Shown here one piece after another: positions 16,840-30,862 of a stretch of DNA of 64,000 bases. The stretch is from the human T2T-CHM13v2.0 reference genome, Homo sapiens, in assembly GCF_009914755.1 (NCBI RefSeq), contig NC_060928.1. One strand, written 5' to 3'. How positions within the stretch are numbered: the stretch's first letter is position 1; each line of letters opens with the position of its first letter. The notes beneath the pieces were generated by a model that had not been told where the DNA came from, did no database searches, and saw only the letters and a program-made list of their open reading frames with translations. A program made the translations under genes and the position numbers.

Positions 16840-17730
16840 CCTGTCCTGACTATTCTTATAAACACTACCATACTTCACAACATATGATTGGGTAGAGAAA
16901 AAAATTCAATAGAATTGATAGAAACCTATTAGAACTAATAATAAATTTTAAGAACATCACTGAATACAAGATTATAAAATAATAATTAATTTTATCCTAA
17001 ACACAACAAACAATTAAAACATTTAATATCACAATAGCCACTATGTCAGAACTGGTTTGGGTGAAAGTAATAGAAACACAAATAACTGTGACAAACAAAT
17101 AAAGGCTTATTTTTCTCACTTGGCAGGAAACCTGGAAAAAAAAACAGTTACGTACTTCAGCTGCTCTACGATCTCAGCCAAGTATCTAAAGGCTTTTTTT
17201 TCCACCTAACTGCCATGTTTTTTATACTCACAGTTTTGTCATTTCATATTGACAGAATAGTTGAAGTAGCTCTAAGAAATATGTTTTCACACCTCTATTA
17301 CAAGCAGGAAGAAAGAGAAAAGAACAGCACAGTACCATACCTGTCTCTTTTACCAGGAAAAAAAAAATCTGAATAATCACCTTATAAGAACTTCTTAAAC
17401 ATCATTGGCCAGAACTAAGTCATATGGCCACCTCTAGCTGCAGAGGAGATTGAAAATTGCTACTACATAAAGTCTGCGACAGACACTTCTTAAAAACCCA
17501 CAAAAAGATGTAAGGTACCTAGCAATAAATTTAATAAAAGATGTGCAAGAACTTAATGGAGAAAATAATAACAATTTATTGAAAGACATAAAAGAAGACA
17601 AATATATGGAGTGATCTATTTAGAAATAGAAAAAATCAATATTGTAAAGGCAGCAATTATCCCTTAATTAACATATGAATCAATGAAATTCCAATCAAAA
17701 TCCCAACTTCTTATAGAAATTTGAAGTTTG
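16840..17730 (+). mobile_element. Degenerate L1M ORF2 fragments split by an MLT1 LTR
   Basis: CTATTAGAACTAATAA...ATACAAGAT; TACCTAGCAATAAATTTAATAAAAGATGTGCAAGA; TCAATATTGTAAAG. Confidence 0.65.
17042..17465 (-). mobile_element. Old MLT1 (K/L-like) LTR
   Basis: ATCATTGGCCAGAACTAAGTCATATGGCCACCTCTAGCTGCA motif. Confidence 0.65.
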
Positions 17731-18197
17731 TCATAAATTTCACTAACTTTAGTTACATCTGATCACCTCTAGAGACAGATGGAGCAGAAAAGGGAGGATA
17801 GTGAGTTTTGGGCTTTATCTATAATATTTAATTTCCCTAAAAAAGGACAGGTAGCATAAGTGAGAAATATTTTGCATTGTGTTAAGCCAGGTGATTTGGG
17901 GGTGCTTTGTTAATTCAGCATCAGCTAGTCTTACTAATACAGAATGAAAGACATAAAGATTAGGGGTAAGTAGATTATAAATTAAAATTAAGATGTAAAA
18001 GTGCAAGCCAACTCTCAAATGAATCAAATATGAGTCCATCTATAAAATGGAAAACAAAGTAATAAGCATATTACCTTGTAATATACTATACAGAAATATC
18101 TCCATTTTATGTTACCCAAATCTTCATTAAAATGGGTTTTCGACTATGCAATGATTAACCCTCAGAAGCTATGGATTGGTAGAAAAAAGCAACATGC

Positions 18198-19884
18198 CAT
18201 TCCTATCAAACTGACAATGACATTCTACACAGAACTAGAAAAAAATCTATCTTAAAATTCATATGGAACCAAAAAAGAGCCTGAATAACCAAGACAATCC
18301 TAAGCAAAAGAACAAGGCTGGAGTCATCATGTTACCCAACTTCAAACTATACTACAGGGCTACAGTAACCAAAACAGCATGGTACTGGTACAAATACAGG
18401 CAGTACAAATACAGGCACACAGACCAACGGAACAAAATAGAGGGCCCAGAAATTAGGCCACATACCAACAACCATCTAATCTTCGACAAAGCTGACAAAA
18501 ACAAGCAATAGGGAAAAGATTCCCAAGCCAATAAATGGTGCTGGGATAACTGGCTAGACATATGCAAAAGATTGAAGCTGGATCTCTTTCTTATACCGTA
18601 TACAAAAATAAACTCAAGATGAAAAACCCGAAACTATAAAAACCCTGGAAGACAACCTAGGCAATACTATCCTGGATATAGGATTGGGCAAAGATTTCAT
18701 GACAAAGACACCAAAAGCAAAAATTGACAAGTGGTATTTAATTAAACTAAAGAGCTAATGCACAGCAAAAGAAACTATCAACAGAGTAAACAGACAACCT
18801 ACAGAATGGGAGAAAATTTTTGCAAACTGTGTATCAGACAAAGGTTTAATAGCCACCATCTAAAAGCAACCTAAACAAATTTACAAGAGAAAAACAAACA
18901 ATCCCATTAAAAACTGGGCAAAGGACATGAACAGACAAACTCAAAAGAAACATACATGTGGCAATAAGCATATGAAAAAAGCTCAATATCACTGATAATT
19001 AGAGAAAGGCAAATCAAAACCACAATTAGATACTATTTCACACCAGTCAGAATGACTATTATTAAAAAGTCAAAAAATAACAAATGCTGGTGAGGTTGTG
19101 GAGAAAAGGAAACACTTATACACTGTTGATGGGAGTGTAAATTAGTTCAACCATTATGGAAAGCAGTATGGTGATTCTTCAAAGAGCTAAACACAGAAGT
19201 ACCATTCAACCCAGAAATTCCATTACTGAGAATATACCCAGAGGAATACAAAGCATTCTACCATAAAGACACATGCACACATTATGTTCATTGCAGCACT
19301 ATTCCCAATAACAAAGGCACTGAACCAACCTAAATGCCCGTCAATGACAGACTGGATAAAGAAAATGTGGGACATATACATGATGGAATACTATGCAGCC
19401 ATTAAAAAGAATGAGACTGTGTCTTTTGTGGGAACATGGATGGATGTAAAAGTGCAAGCCAACTCTCATATGAAACAAATATGACTCCATCTATAAAATG
19501 GAAAACAAGGTAATAAGCATATTACCTTGTAATACACTATACAGAAATATCTCCATTTTATCAGCAACTCAAATCTAACTAATAGGAGGCTATCATCCTT
19601 AGCAAAATAATGCAGGAATAGAAAACCAAATGCCATATGTTCTCACTTCTAAATGTGAGCTAAGTGATGAAAACTTACAAACACAAAGAAGGAAACAACA
19701 GACACTGGGGTCTACTTGCGAGGGGAGGGTGGGAGGAGGGAGAGGAGCAGAAAAGATAACTATTGGGTACTGGGCTTAATACCTGGGTGACGAAATAACC
19801 TGTACAACACACCCCCATGACATGAGTTAACCTATGCAACAAACCTTCACATGTCCTCCCAAACGTAAAAGTTAAAAAAAAAAG
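18198..19884 (+). mobile_element. 5'-truncated L1PA13/14-like LINE-1
   Basis: ORF2 [21 protein letters not shown]; 3'UTR GAGGAGCAGAAAAGATAACTATTGGGTAC; TSD AAAAAAGCAACATGC at ~18183-18197 and ~19886-19900. Confidence 0.92.
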
Positions 19885-20799
19885 AAAAAAAGCAACATGC
19901 AATCACAATATAAGATTAGATTACATTCATGATTAATAAGCCAAGCACATAAGAAGATCTTGTAGAAAACAAGATGGTGGCAGAGAGCAGGATGGAATGC
20001 AGCATAGCAGAGTTCAAAGTTTACCTTCCCTTGGAGTGGGGTTGAGAAACAGCAGAGCAGTAGCTGTCAGCAACAGTATGTGCACAAGGTAGGTCTTACT
20101 GATTCTGAGAAACTGGGTGCTTGCTACGCCATCACCATTTACCACTCCAAAATAATTTACACTATCTCTTTGCTCCCATTTGTTTCCCCAGAAGCAAATA
20201 ATAGAATTTAGGTTCTTGCACTAAACAGCATCCTCATCTAAAGGACTTCCTCATGTATGGGAGAAAACAGAGCTATTACCCAAGGATCCTTGATAAATAT
20301 CCCTGCTTCCAGCTTTCCCACAAAGCCCACTTATTCTTAGTCCACCCCCTGACTCAGTATCTCAAATGGGTAGTTTTAATGTGAATTTGGTGTGAATCTA
20401 TACAAAAATGAATCTATTTTTCTCAGATTATCTTTAAGGTCATCTTTAAGTTCTTAGCAACATAGTCAAGTAGCGAGGCTGGAAAGCGGTATAGGATAAG
20501 GAATAGCCTGAGTATAAAAACGGCCTATGAACAAAGTAAGCAAAGCAAACGTAGGAACTGATATAGACTAAAATCAGATCACAAGTCACCTGTAAGAGAA
20601 AGAAAGAAGCAACACTAATAAAGACCTAGCAGTGGATAAGCCCAGGCAAGCAAGCAAAGAAATACATAAGGTAGTTATATGGGACTGCATTGCTTGACAA
20701 ATCTTATAATATATTTAACCTAAGTAGTAATCAAATCATTGAACATGTAAAGAAAAATGCCTTCTATTCCTCCTCGTCTAATACAATGATGAAAAACTA

Positions 20800-21300
20800 A
20801 GTATATATATTCCAGGTGAGGGGGCAGGGCATTGGCATAATCACTCTGGGAGTCAATTACATATTGTGCATCAAAACTTTTTAGATGCTCATACATTTCC
20901 ACCTAGAAATCCTGTTTCTGTTATCTTTATCATGAGGAAATAATAAGGTGCAAAATCATTACAGACAATTTATGAGAGGAAAAAATTGTATGTAGCCTAA
21001 ACAGCTAACAAGATAACATATTAATAATGAAACTTCCATACAGTACAATTCTTGAAACCACCAAAAATATGTAAGTGAAGACTATTGGAGAATTAGAAGT
21101 TGTCCATGACATTTTATTAAATAAAAAGGTAGATTATAAATTAGTATATGTAGTATCATCTCAATTTTATAAAACACACATATATACATTTACATTCATA
21201 CCCAAACAAGTAGACACACACCTATAAAGACTGAATAGCATACACATTTGCAAAAGTCACCCACCTCTGGATGATCTTGGCAGTCTTATTTGGGCTTTTC
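20800..21300 (+). mobile_element. L1ME-like 3' fragment
   Basis: GTCCATGACATTTTATTAAATAAAAAGG...ATATGTAGTATCATCTC. Confidence 0.5.
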
Positions 21301-23289
21301 TTTCAAGCAGGACATACCAAGTTTCCCAAGGAATGTACTAGAAAAGTCCCATGTTGTTGTTTCTTGTTTTGCGGAGTGAAGCACTGCAGCTGAGGGGAAG
21401 GACTACAGTGCTCAAGTCACAGAGGGACACCACCCTGTGGTGGGAGTGGGGCTATACTTTGTACAGAAAGAAAGAGGCGATAGGAGAGACTAGCAGAAGA
21501 TAAGACAGATGATTAGAGAATATTTTAACAGGTTTTGTACTGTGCTATGCTCTTCTGTCACCTCATGAGAATTTCAGTAAATGCTGCAGCACTCTATAAT
21601 ACTTTTGGATTTGGCTTTGAGGAAAATGTTCCTTATTGAATTTGTTGATTTGTTTAGATAGAAATTTTTGGAGATGCAACAAAGTGCTGAGCCTGACCTT
21701 AGGAGGAATATTTTGAATTCATATGGGAGAAGACCAAGCCAGGCTCACGTGGCAAGCCAAATCCGCGGGCAGCAATTCAAAGAGGAGAAAGAACATACAG
21801 GGTATAAGCACAACTAACTAAGCAAAATACTTACATTACTATCCAAGCCATGCTAGATCAAGCAGTAAGAGCTCACACAAAAGGTGACAGAAAGCAGACA
21901 CCGAAACAGGAAAGGCAGTTGGCATTGTTGATGGCCAAAACAGATGTCAGGAACTAAGTCACTGCGAAACTTAAGTTCAAGGTAATAACCCACTTAAGCA
22001 TAAGGTAAGAACTTCCACACCATAGAACTACAGTGTTAATCAGGAACCCATTCCCTGGAGAGTACAGAATACACAACAGGAGCCAAATAGTTTCAGGTGA
22101 GATTTTAAAAAGAAAACTAAATCATTTAGACACTGGAGTGCCAAAAACAGAGGACATTTACTCAAACCTAAGCCAATGAGTTGTTTTTATAGTTATAATT
22201 AGGTTCCTCTGACTTATACAAGGATTGAACCTATAATGTAAATTAGAGCTAAGACTAAAACTGAAAGGGGGTAGGATAATAGCAGATTTAGAAAAATGTG
22301 AGTTTTGGAAGCCAAACAAACTATTACACTTCTCATTTATCATGAAATTTTAAAACCAAAAAACTTTACTCAGAAGGTCAAACTCCATTTCAAAAATAAA
22401 CTCTGAGTAAGAAAACAAATAAATTGCCAATTATTTCAAGATTCTGAAGTGCTCCTGCAATTTAATGCTAACCAGAACAGCATTTGCATCTATAAAAATA
22501 ACAAGACTTTGCTTTGCCCCTCACCCCAAGGAATATTGACATCTGAAATATAGGGACTAGGGAAGTTAACCGAACCTCATACAAAACTCCAGACATGGCT
22601 GCAGACATCACAAGAACTCTCCTACTGAAAAACAGAACAAAGCAAGATTGGTTTAGATAACAGCAAGGTTGAAACAGAGCACCTCACCAATAATCTTATT
22701 CCTGTTTTATCTAAAATGTACTCCAAGAAAAGTACGGAAAAAAAAACATCATTGTGTCTTGTTGACATTAATTCAAAATGCAATTATGCCCTGCATTCTG
22801 CATCTTCCAACTTGAGCCCTGATTTCTTGGGAAATCTAGAACTGGGAAAATGCATCTCAACCTACTAGAATGGCTTTTCAATACTATGTTGGCAGCCTGT
22901 GCACTAAAATAGAATAAAGAAGCTCATAGGCCTTACATTTTCCCGTAATTGAATAACAGTATGAGTCTTTGCATGTAATAGTGTAACAACATATACAGCT
23001 GTATATTCTGTAACAGGATATTGGCTCTATAAGAAGATGCACTAACTGCAAGTATAAACTGTACAAGATTAATTAAGCCCTTTGAATTTATACAGAGTTT
23101 AATCTGATAACGAAAAACTGAGTGATAAAGAGAAACTAAGATAAAGTGGAGACTCCAGCATAATGCTTATGAAATTGATAAAAAATTGCAGGGTTAAAAA
23201 GGTCACCATGTTGCTGTGCAGGTGCATCTATGATGCAAGTCACAGAATGAAGCCATATATAAACTCTGTATTATCTAAAGAGGGAATTT

Positions 23290-23402
23290 TGTATCATGTG
23301 AGAGTAGGAACTAGGTCTTATGTATCACTGTGCACCCAGTCCTGACATCAAGCGAGTGCTCATAAATTTTGTACTGAGGAAATAAATTAATGCAAGAATG
23401 AA
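23290..23402 (+). mobile_element. L2 3' end fragment
   Basis: GTATCACTGTGCACCCAG...GTGCTCATAAAT...GAATGAA tail. Confidence 0.5.
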
Positions 23403-23664
23403 CAGATCAGGCTCTGAGCAAAAATGAATTAAGATGTGAACAGGAGCAATCTGAATAGTAAGCCTACCTGCAACTCACTTTAAGGGCACTCGTTCAGACA
23501 CCAAAACCCACTCTAACAGAAAAATGTATCCCCCTACCCCAGTGACACACCCCTTGAGTATTGCAGTCTTGCTTCAGATTCTGGAAGAACAGTGCCACGT
23601 ATGTGGCCTAAGCTGGGCATCAGTAGGAAAATGGGTGAAACTAGAGTCAATCCAAGATGACAAA

Positions 23665-23918
23665 GATAGTAGCCACCACTTAGAAAATGCTTGTCATGCA
23701 TAAGGTACTGTCACAACCACTTTACAGTCTTTACTCATTTATTCTTCACAAAATACTTTGAGGTATATATTATTATTCTCATGTTACAGATGAGGAGACT
23801 GAGACTCATAAAGTTGAAGCTACTTATCCAACATCATAAGAAGCTAATAAAAAATAAGACTGGAATTTGAACAAGGTCTGTCTAATCACAAAGACTTCTT
23901 TCTATTACAACACTGTCT
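23665..23918 (-). mobile_element. MIR
   Basis: Core TTACAGATGAGGAGACTGAGACTC...GGAATTTGAACAAGGTCTGTCT. Confidence 0.8.
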
Positions 23919-25164
23919 GGAATGATACAGAGTAGCTCCTACCTTCCAGCAGTTCCAAGAGACTCATTTCATTCAATCCCTTCAGGTTGATCCCAACCCT
24001 TAAAACCAATGAACTATAGTAGGGTCATGGCGGCCACCCTGGAATAGGATCCCTAGTGACACATCCAGACTTTGTCATCAAACATGTTTCATGTGTGTGA
24101 GATGATTTTTATAGCTAATTGACATTTTCTGCAATCTGGAGAGAAACTCACCAGGAGAAAAAAAAATGTGTGCTGCAGGGGTCGGGGGAGTGGGTAGGTA
24201 GGAGAGGAAACTAAGAAAAATAAGAGGGCAAGGGTACAAAGGGAACAGGAGAACCAGAGGCCAAGACAGACACCAGATTATTATTTGAACGCTGTCACTC
24301 TGCTAAATGAAACCTGAGACTCTAGGGTCTTTGAAAAGTATATGTGAAGAAATGAGAAACCTTTGCCAATAAACCAAGTAAAAATAAGCAGCTACAACAG
24401 TGTAGCCCATTGTTTGGAACCTTCTTTAGTCTACTTACTAAATTTAAACATGACAGCCAGTTTTATAAATTTTTTCCACTGCTTTTTTATTTCTGTTTTT
24501 TAATGCAGGTTGAAATTGGAACTTTCTCTGTTCCTTTTCTCCACCTTCCAAATAAGTCCTAATAACAGATTTCCTCAGACCCTACATCACCCACGATGCT
24601 TACACATGCCCAGCTATGTTTCTAAAGGTCTTTGGCCCACTTTTTGTTGTCTGATTATCTCTTTTTGACTTTATCTTGCCCTGTCATTACTTTCTTTACC
24701 TGAAGGAAGCTATATTTAAGCAGTTTGTCTAGAGGTACTTACATTTTCTGCAGTTAAATTAGACTGCTACGAACTCCAAAACTAAGGCTTCAGCATGACA
24801 TTAGTTTGGTATAGTTTTAATTTTGACCTTCAAATCACTTTACTCAACTGTTTGTCTACCCATCTTGGACCAAGTGGTTGGCCCTGTCAGCCCTGCCCTG
24901 GCTGGCATGCTGGATTTCCTTACCACCTCTCCCCTGCCATAATCACTCTGTGACGTCATGCAGCATTAATGTTACTATTCATTAAGTGCCAAGCACTGGG
25001 CAAGGTGCCATTCCACAATAATGGACAAACTCCATAATCTCTTTTCTTCCCTCATGTACCCAGACTAAAGAGCATTCTCTAAGAGTTAAGAAAGTGTGTG
25101 AATGGTTTCCACCACAGATGCACACTGTACAGTGTAAGTTGGGCTCTTAAGTTTGTTTGGAAGT

Positions 25165-25357
25165 TAATTCTTTCATTCATACCTATCAATATTTGCTCAG
25201 CGTCTACCATGTGCCAAGCATAACTCTAGGCACTAGAAATGTGATGAATAAATGAATGAAGCAAATCCCTGCCATGATGAAGCTTACAATTTATGAAGAA
25301 GACAAAAATATATAACATGTCAAGTAATAAGCATTATGAAGGAAAGTAAAGCTGGGA
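25165..25357 (-). mobile_element. L2 3' fragment
   Basis: TTCATTCAT...TATTTGCTCAGCGTCTACCATGTGCCAAGCA...CTAGGCACT. Confidence 0.7.
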
Positions 25358-25579
25358 TTCATCTATATTTGCTCCGTGAAATATTCCCTTTGGGGGTTCT
25401 TCCCATCCTGTTCTCTTCCATCATCCCTGCAATCCTACATGCAGTTCCTTACATCTCTGTAGATTACATTTCCTTCAGTTTTACAGATAGAGACAGAAGG
25501 GGCAAGTCATCATTTATTCTCTTGACTCCTCTACATCTCAAAACATCTCTGTATCTTCACTCATTGTAGCAAGAAGAAT

Positions 25580-26010
25580 GCTGTCAGTTGCAAGTAAAAG
25601 CAAACCCAACCCAAGCTGGCTGATATAATAATGGAAATTTATTGGCTTATATCATTGAAAATTCTAGAGGCAGTCAGGCTTTGGGCACATGGCAAAAGTT
25701 CCAGTTCTTTTTATTTTCTCCATTCTGCCCTTTTCTCTGTGTAAGTGCCGTCCTCAAGCTAGCTTCCCTTGATTGAAAGCTAGCTGCCAGCAACATGCTC
25801 ACATCCTGGGAGTGAAAGCGTGTCCCTTTTATAGCATCATAGAAAATCCTGAACACCACTCTAGCTGAACCACCACTGAGACAATCACCAAGAAATGCCA
25901 TGGGTTGACTGGATTGAGTCTGAACCTATCAATGGAGCAAGGGAGATGGGAACCAAACTCCAACCAAAGGTGGGGTCAATTCCACCAACCTGCATGGCTG
26001 CAACATGGTA
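25580..26010 (-). mobile_element. Old MLT1 (J/K-like) LTR
   Basis: CAGTTGCAAGTAAAAGCAAACCCAACCCAAGCTGGC...ATTTATTGGCTTAT. Confidence 0.65.
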
Positions 26011-26343
26011 GCATAAATAATAAGGAGATCACCATGATGTCCCCTTTACTTATTTTTTTCTCCATATCATAATCCTGGAGAAGCAGAAACCCTCCTCCTT
26101 GCTAAGACAATTCTTCTCCCCCACATTTGTTCCTACCTGTATTCTGGGAACTTGCTTTCCTCTCTTTTGGATGTTCTTGCCTTCTGACTGTTTTTCCCTC
26201 TGTCTACAAAGACACTTATGGTTTACCCTTATTCTGTGAAATCTTGCCACAAAACTGGTCTTTCTCAAGTCATTCTCTCTCTATTGTCGATTACCAAATA
26301 TTGTGAAAAAGAAATCTGCACTCTAGTTTCCCTTTCTAATAAC

Positions 26344-29160
26344 CAGTATAGGTCCAGATTTTGTGGAGCTGCATGGGGTGGCATGGTTAAAAGAATATAA
26401 AACTATGAAAACAGTATTAAGTTGTAAACGAATATTTAATTTAGAAAGGAAATCACAGTAATTTATAAATTTTAAAAAACTGACAATATCAAACATTCCA
26501 AAAGAATACAATATTTTATAACTGCCTGACCCACCTCTATAATATTATCTTACCAATTTTTTGACTGCATAACATTTGACCATATCTTATGACAATGATT
26601 TTTATAATCTTGTTTTCCATAGAGAGAATACTTATAAAGCTAAATCTGTCATCCTATAGCATTTTTGGTCAATATTTGTTTACCATTGATAGTTGGGAAA
26701 ATTTCTTTCCATTTTATAATTCTTAATACGAAAGTCATGTAAATTTTAAGATCATCAAATTTGAGAAAGACTCTATCAAGTTTCTTTCATATATGAGCAA
26801 TTAAATATCAGGGAAATTCAAATTTTCTTCTACAAGAAATAATTTCAAATCATCTTTAAACTGACTACACATTTTAATCTGTTCATTGTTGATGCCTGTT
26901 GTGATACCATGAGTTCTACATCCTCTTCTTTGTTCTATATCCTCTTCTTTGGTGACAGTATATTGTGTCAAGTCAGCAATACTTTTAAATCTTACTGGAA
27001 TATGTTTGTATGAAGCATTATCTCTTCATTAATTAGATTATCAACTAACCCAAGGGAGTGCATTTATTACTTGCATTCAAAATTTATCTCTTCACATTGA
27101 TAAACTATTGTATTTGTTATGATCTGAACACTTTTTTGTTAGAATTCACTTCTCAATCTTAAAATAATTTTTCTTAGTTTCAATGCCCACCTTTATCACT
27201 TTTTTTCATAGTCTATTAATTTTTGTCTTCACATTCTCTTCTTTAAGAAGTAAACTTAAACATGACAAAAGAGGGTCCACTTTACAAATGTCCTAACCAA
27301 GAGCCTATAAATTTTCACCTATTTCATTGAAACATTCTTTTTCCAAAATACAGCTAAAATTTGAGCTTTATGAACTTTTTCAACGACTTTTACAACTATT
27401 TTGCCCTATGGTTTCTTTTGAAAGTCTCTGAACATGTTTTTAAATTCCATTATACCCAGCTTGAAAGGCTGGGAACAGCATATTGTTATACCTAGAAATC
27501 TAACTCAGCTCAAGTTGAAGCTATGTAATCTATGGGACACACCAGAAAACATGGAGCTATTGCAAGATATCAGAATAGTAAACCTTAAAAAAACAATTCA
27601 GGAGCTATGGGCCAGCCTTTTCTTCAATAGGATTAAGAAAATGTGTTGCACACAACACACAGCCCATCAATGCATGATGTTTTTAAAGTGTGCTTCTGCA
27701 CTTCTGCTTTCGTCCTTGCTGTTCATTACAGCTCTATTGTCATTGGATGGGTGTCATGACTGGTTACGACTGTCCAGAACTTGCTCCATTTTGTCGGATA
27801 AAGTAACAGGTAGTTTTCAATTGGTGAAAAAAGTTATTCAGTTTGGTTTCTAGAAATTTGTGTTATAATCTGGTATAGAAACTATGTTAATGGTATGGTA
27901 TTTGATGTCTGCTTTATCTATTTTGCTTCCTTTATTTTATATAGATTTTCTCTCATTTATCAATTAATTCTTCAAAAATGTTTTGGATACATGCCACTTT
28001 TTTTCTTTTGAAATTTTTCCAAGTTGTCAAGGGAAAAAAGTCACACTGAATAATTAGTTTGATGATATCCATAACCTTTCCTTGATTTAAAGAATGCCAC
28101 TTTTCATCATATCTGCTGAAGGAGAAACCTCTTTCCATTTAATTTTTAATAATCATAACTACTCATTTTAGTTCCTCAAAATAATGAGTGTTTGTTCTTG
28201 TCTACATCTTCAGACATTGTTCTAGTGCATTTTTATCTAGTTTTTGTAAAATTCAAGTAAATATAACCTTCTTGTATTCTTATGAGTAGAATTTCATGAC
28301 TTTTCAGATTTCTCAATGTAGTTACCCAATTTGAAACCCAAGTGACCTAAGTGATATCTATCTTGTTGAAAATAGCTTACAAACAAAACATATGCATCCT
28401 TAGTTTTGGAATAAGTGAGCTAAGATCTATTCAAAATTTGACTTTACTTTTCTTTTCAAAATGTCCAGTTGAGCAACTTGTCTTTTGTCCCTTGTATGTT
28501 TTGCTTGATTCACTGAAAATTCTTTAGGGATCACAATTTTGAAAAAGCAAGCTGTCTTTTATTAAATAGTATTGCATGAAATTATTGCTTAATATACCAA
28601 GAAAAGGTGAAAAATTGCAAGACCTATTAAAATGAATTCATCAATATGACGCTGATGCTGATCTTTGGGTATGCTCTGTTGACCATACAAATTGTGTTCT
28701 TCACTATTCTTTTCTTCTTCCCAATGCTGTGTTATTTCCTCTTTCAAAGTATCCTGATTCTCAAAATCTTTAGTTTATCTTCTGATAAATTTTTATTATC
28801 TATATTTTTAACTCATTACTTCCTTATTGTTATGATTCAACCATCACTATATTTAGTTTTGATATTTTGAAGCTTCTGAGTTTCTTTCTTTCAGTGTGCT
28901 TTTTTGACTTCTACTAGGATATTTCTTTCTTATCATACTTGAATTTTGGAATAGTCATTTTTCTGAAACAATTCTACGAAATAAATCTGAAATTAAGGGA
29001 TATATAAAAGCAATTCAAATAAATGCTTACATTGCTGCTACATTGAATCGTGCTACATAATTGTGTAACCAAATTATTTTTCCACTATCTACTTTAATTA
29101 ATGTGTATCATACACTTTTGTCAGGTATATGCTGAATCTTTTAATACATCTCTTCAGTGG
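26344..29160 (-). mobile_element. hAT-Tip100 DNA transposon fossil (Zaphod/MER115-like), decayed transposase on minus strand
   Basis: Terminus GGTCCAGATTTTGTGGAGC...GAATATTTAATTTAGAAAGGAAATCAC resembles MER115/Zaphod; minus-strand 26600-26800 yields LIESF..L..LKIYMT...ERNF..L...SILSMEN pieces of the hAT C-terminal dimerisation domain; right boundary approximate. Confidence 0.75.
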
Positions 29161-29164
29161 CAAT

Positions 29165-29390
29165 TGCCAAGGAACAGTTGTAGTAATCATAACTCAAGAA
29201 CAACAAAGTAATCAAGGGTTTAGATGACTTTAGGATGAGGACTTAGATCACCCATCAAGAAAACAAGCCTGATCAGCTACAGTCTGGGACAAATATAAGG
29301 GAAATCTAAACTGAATAGTAGAGGAGAAAAATGAAAACTATTAATTGTGTCCTTGAGACAAGCTTCACTAGCAAAAACTATAGTTTGTTT
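29165..29390 (+). mobile_element. ERVL/MLT-int 3' internal fragment
   Basis: GGATGAGGACTTAGATCACCCATC...GATCAGCT...AAGGGAAATCTAAACTGAATAGTAGAGGAG resembles the ERVL/MaLR internal 3' end. Confidence 0.55.
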
Positions 29391-29401
29391 CTTTAATCAT
29401 C

Positions 29402-29652
29402 TTTTTTTATTTTTTATTTTTTTGAGAAAGTCTTACTATATATTGCCCAGACTGGTCTCAAACTGCTTTTTAATCAACTTTTTTTATTTTTCATTTTTTT
29501 GAGAAAGTCTTACTATATGTTGCCCAGACTGGTCTCAAACTCCTGGAATCAAGCCATCCTTGCTTTGCTTTATCCCAGGAGTTAAAATTTTAAGTTTTCA
29601 CTCAACCTTTTGAGTAGCTGGGATTAGAGGTATATGCCACCAAACCCAGCTC
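29402..29652 (-). mobile_element. FLAM-like Alu monomer with tandemly duplicated 3' part and an internal insertion
   Basis: GAGAAAGTCTTACTATAT.TTGCCCAGACTGGTCTCAAACT occurs twice; flanking TAATCATCTT repeats. Confidence 0.75.
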
Positions 29653-29959
29653 ACTAATCATCTTGACTCAGGATTTTTAGAGGATGGCAGCTGGCTTTGC
29701 TTTGAAGAAGACTGAAATTTTACCTCTCCTTATAATAACAAATAAAGGTATCTTTTTCTCTCAAAATGAAGGCCCTATACTATCATATAGGAACTAAATA
29801 TCATGGGAGAGCACATGTACACCTGTATCAGAAGGATTTATGTACAACCTCTGATAAATCCAGTTTCCAGGAACTTGCTACTTGCTCAGTTAAGTTTCTT
29901 GTATATTCAATAAGTTCCCTTACCAAAAATGAACAGAATTAATTTTTTAATTCTTTTTT

Positions 29960-30002
29960 AAATTTCTTTTTTTTGGAGCAGAGTCTCACTCTGTCGCCCA
30001 GC
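29960..30002 (-). mobile_element. Short Alu 3' fragment
   Basis: Poly(T) then CAGAGTCTCACTCTGTCGCCCAG. Confidence 0.7.
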
Positions 30003-30049
30003 ACGTGTATTCTGTTTAAGAAACATTTATTTGGAAGGAATAAAGAAAA

Positions 30050-30862
<813 letters not shown>

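Noticed and set aside
24177-24210. Possible G-quadruplex
   Set aside because: Only three runs of three or more G; weak
27434-27853. 139-aa plus-strand ORF
   Set aside because: Antisense to the decayed hAT transposase; no independent coding signal
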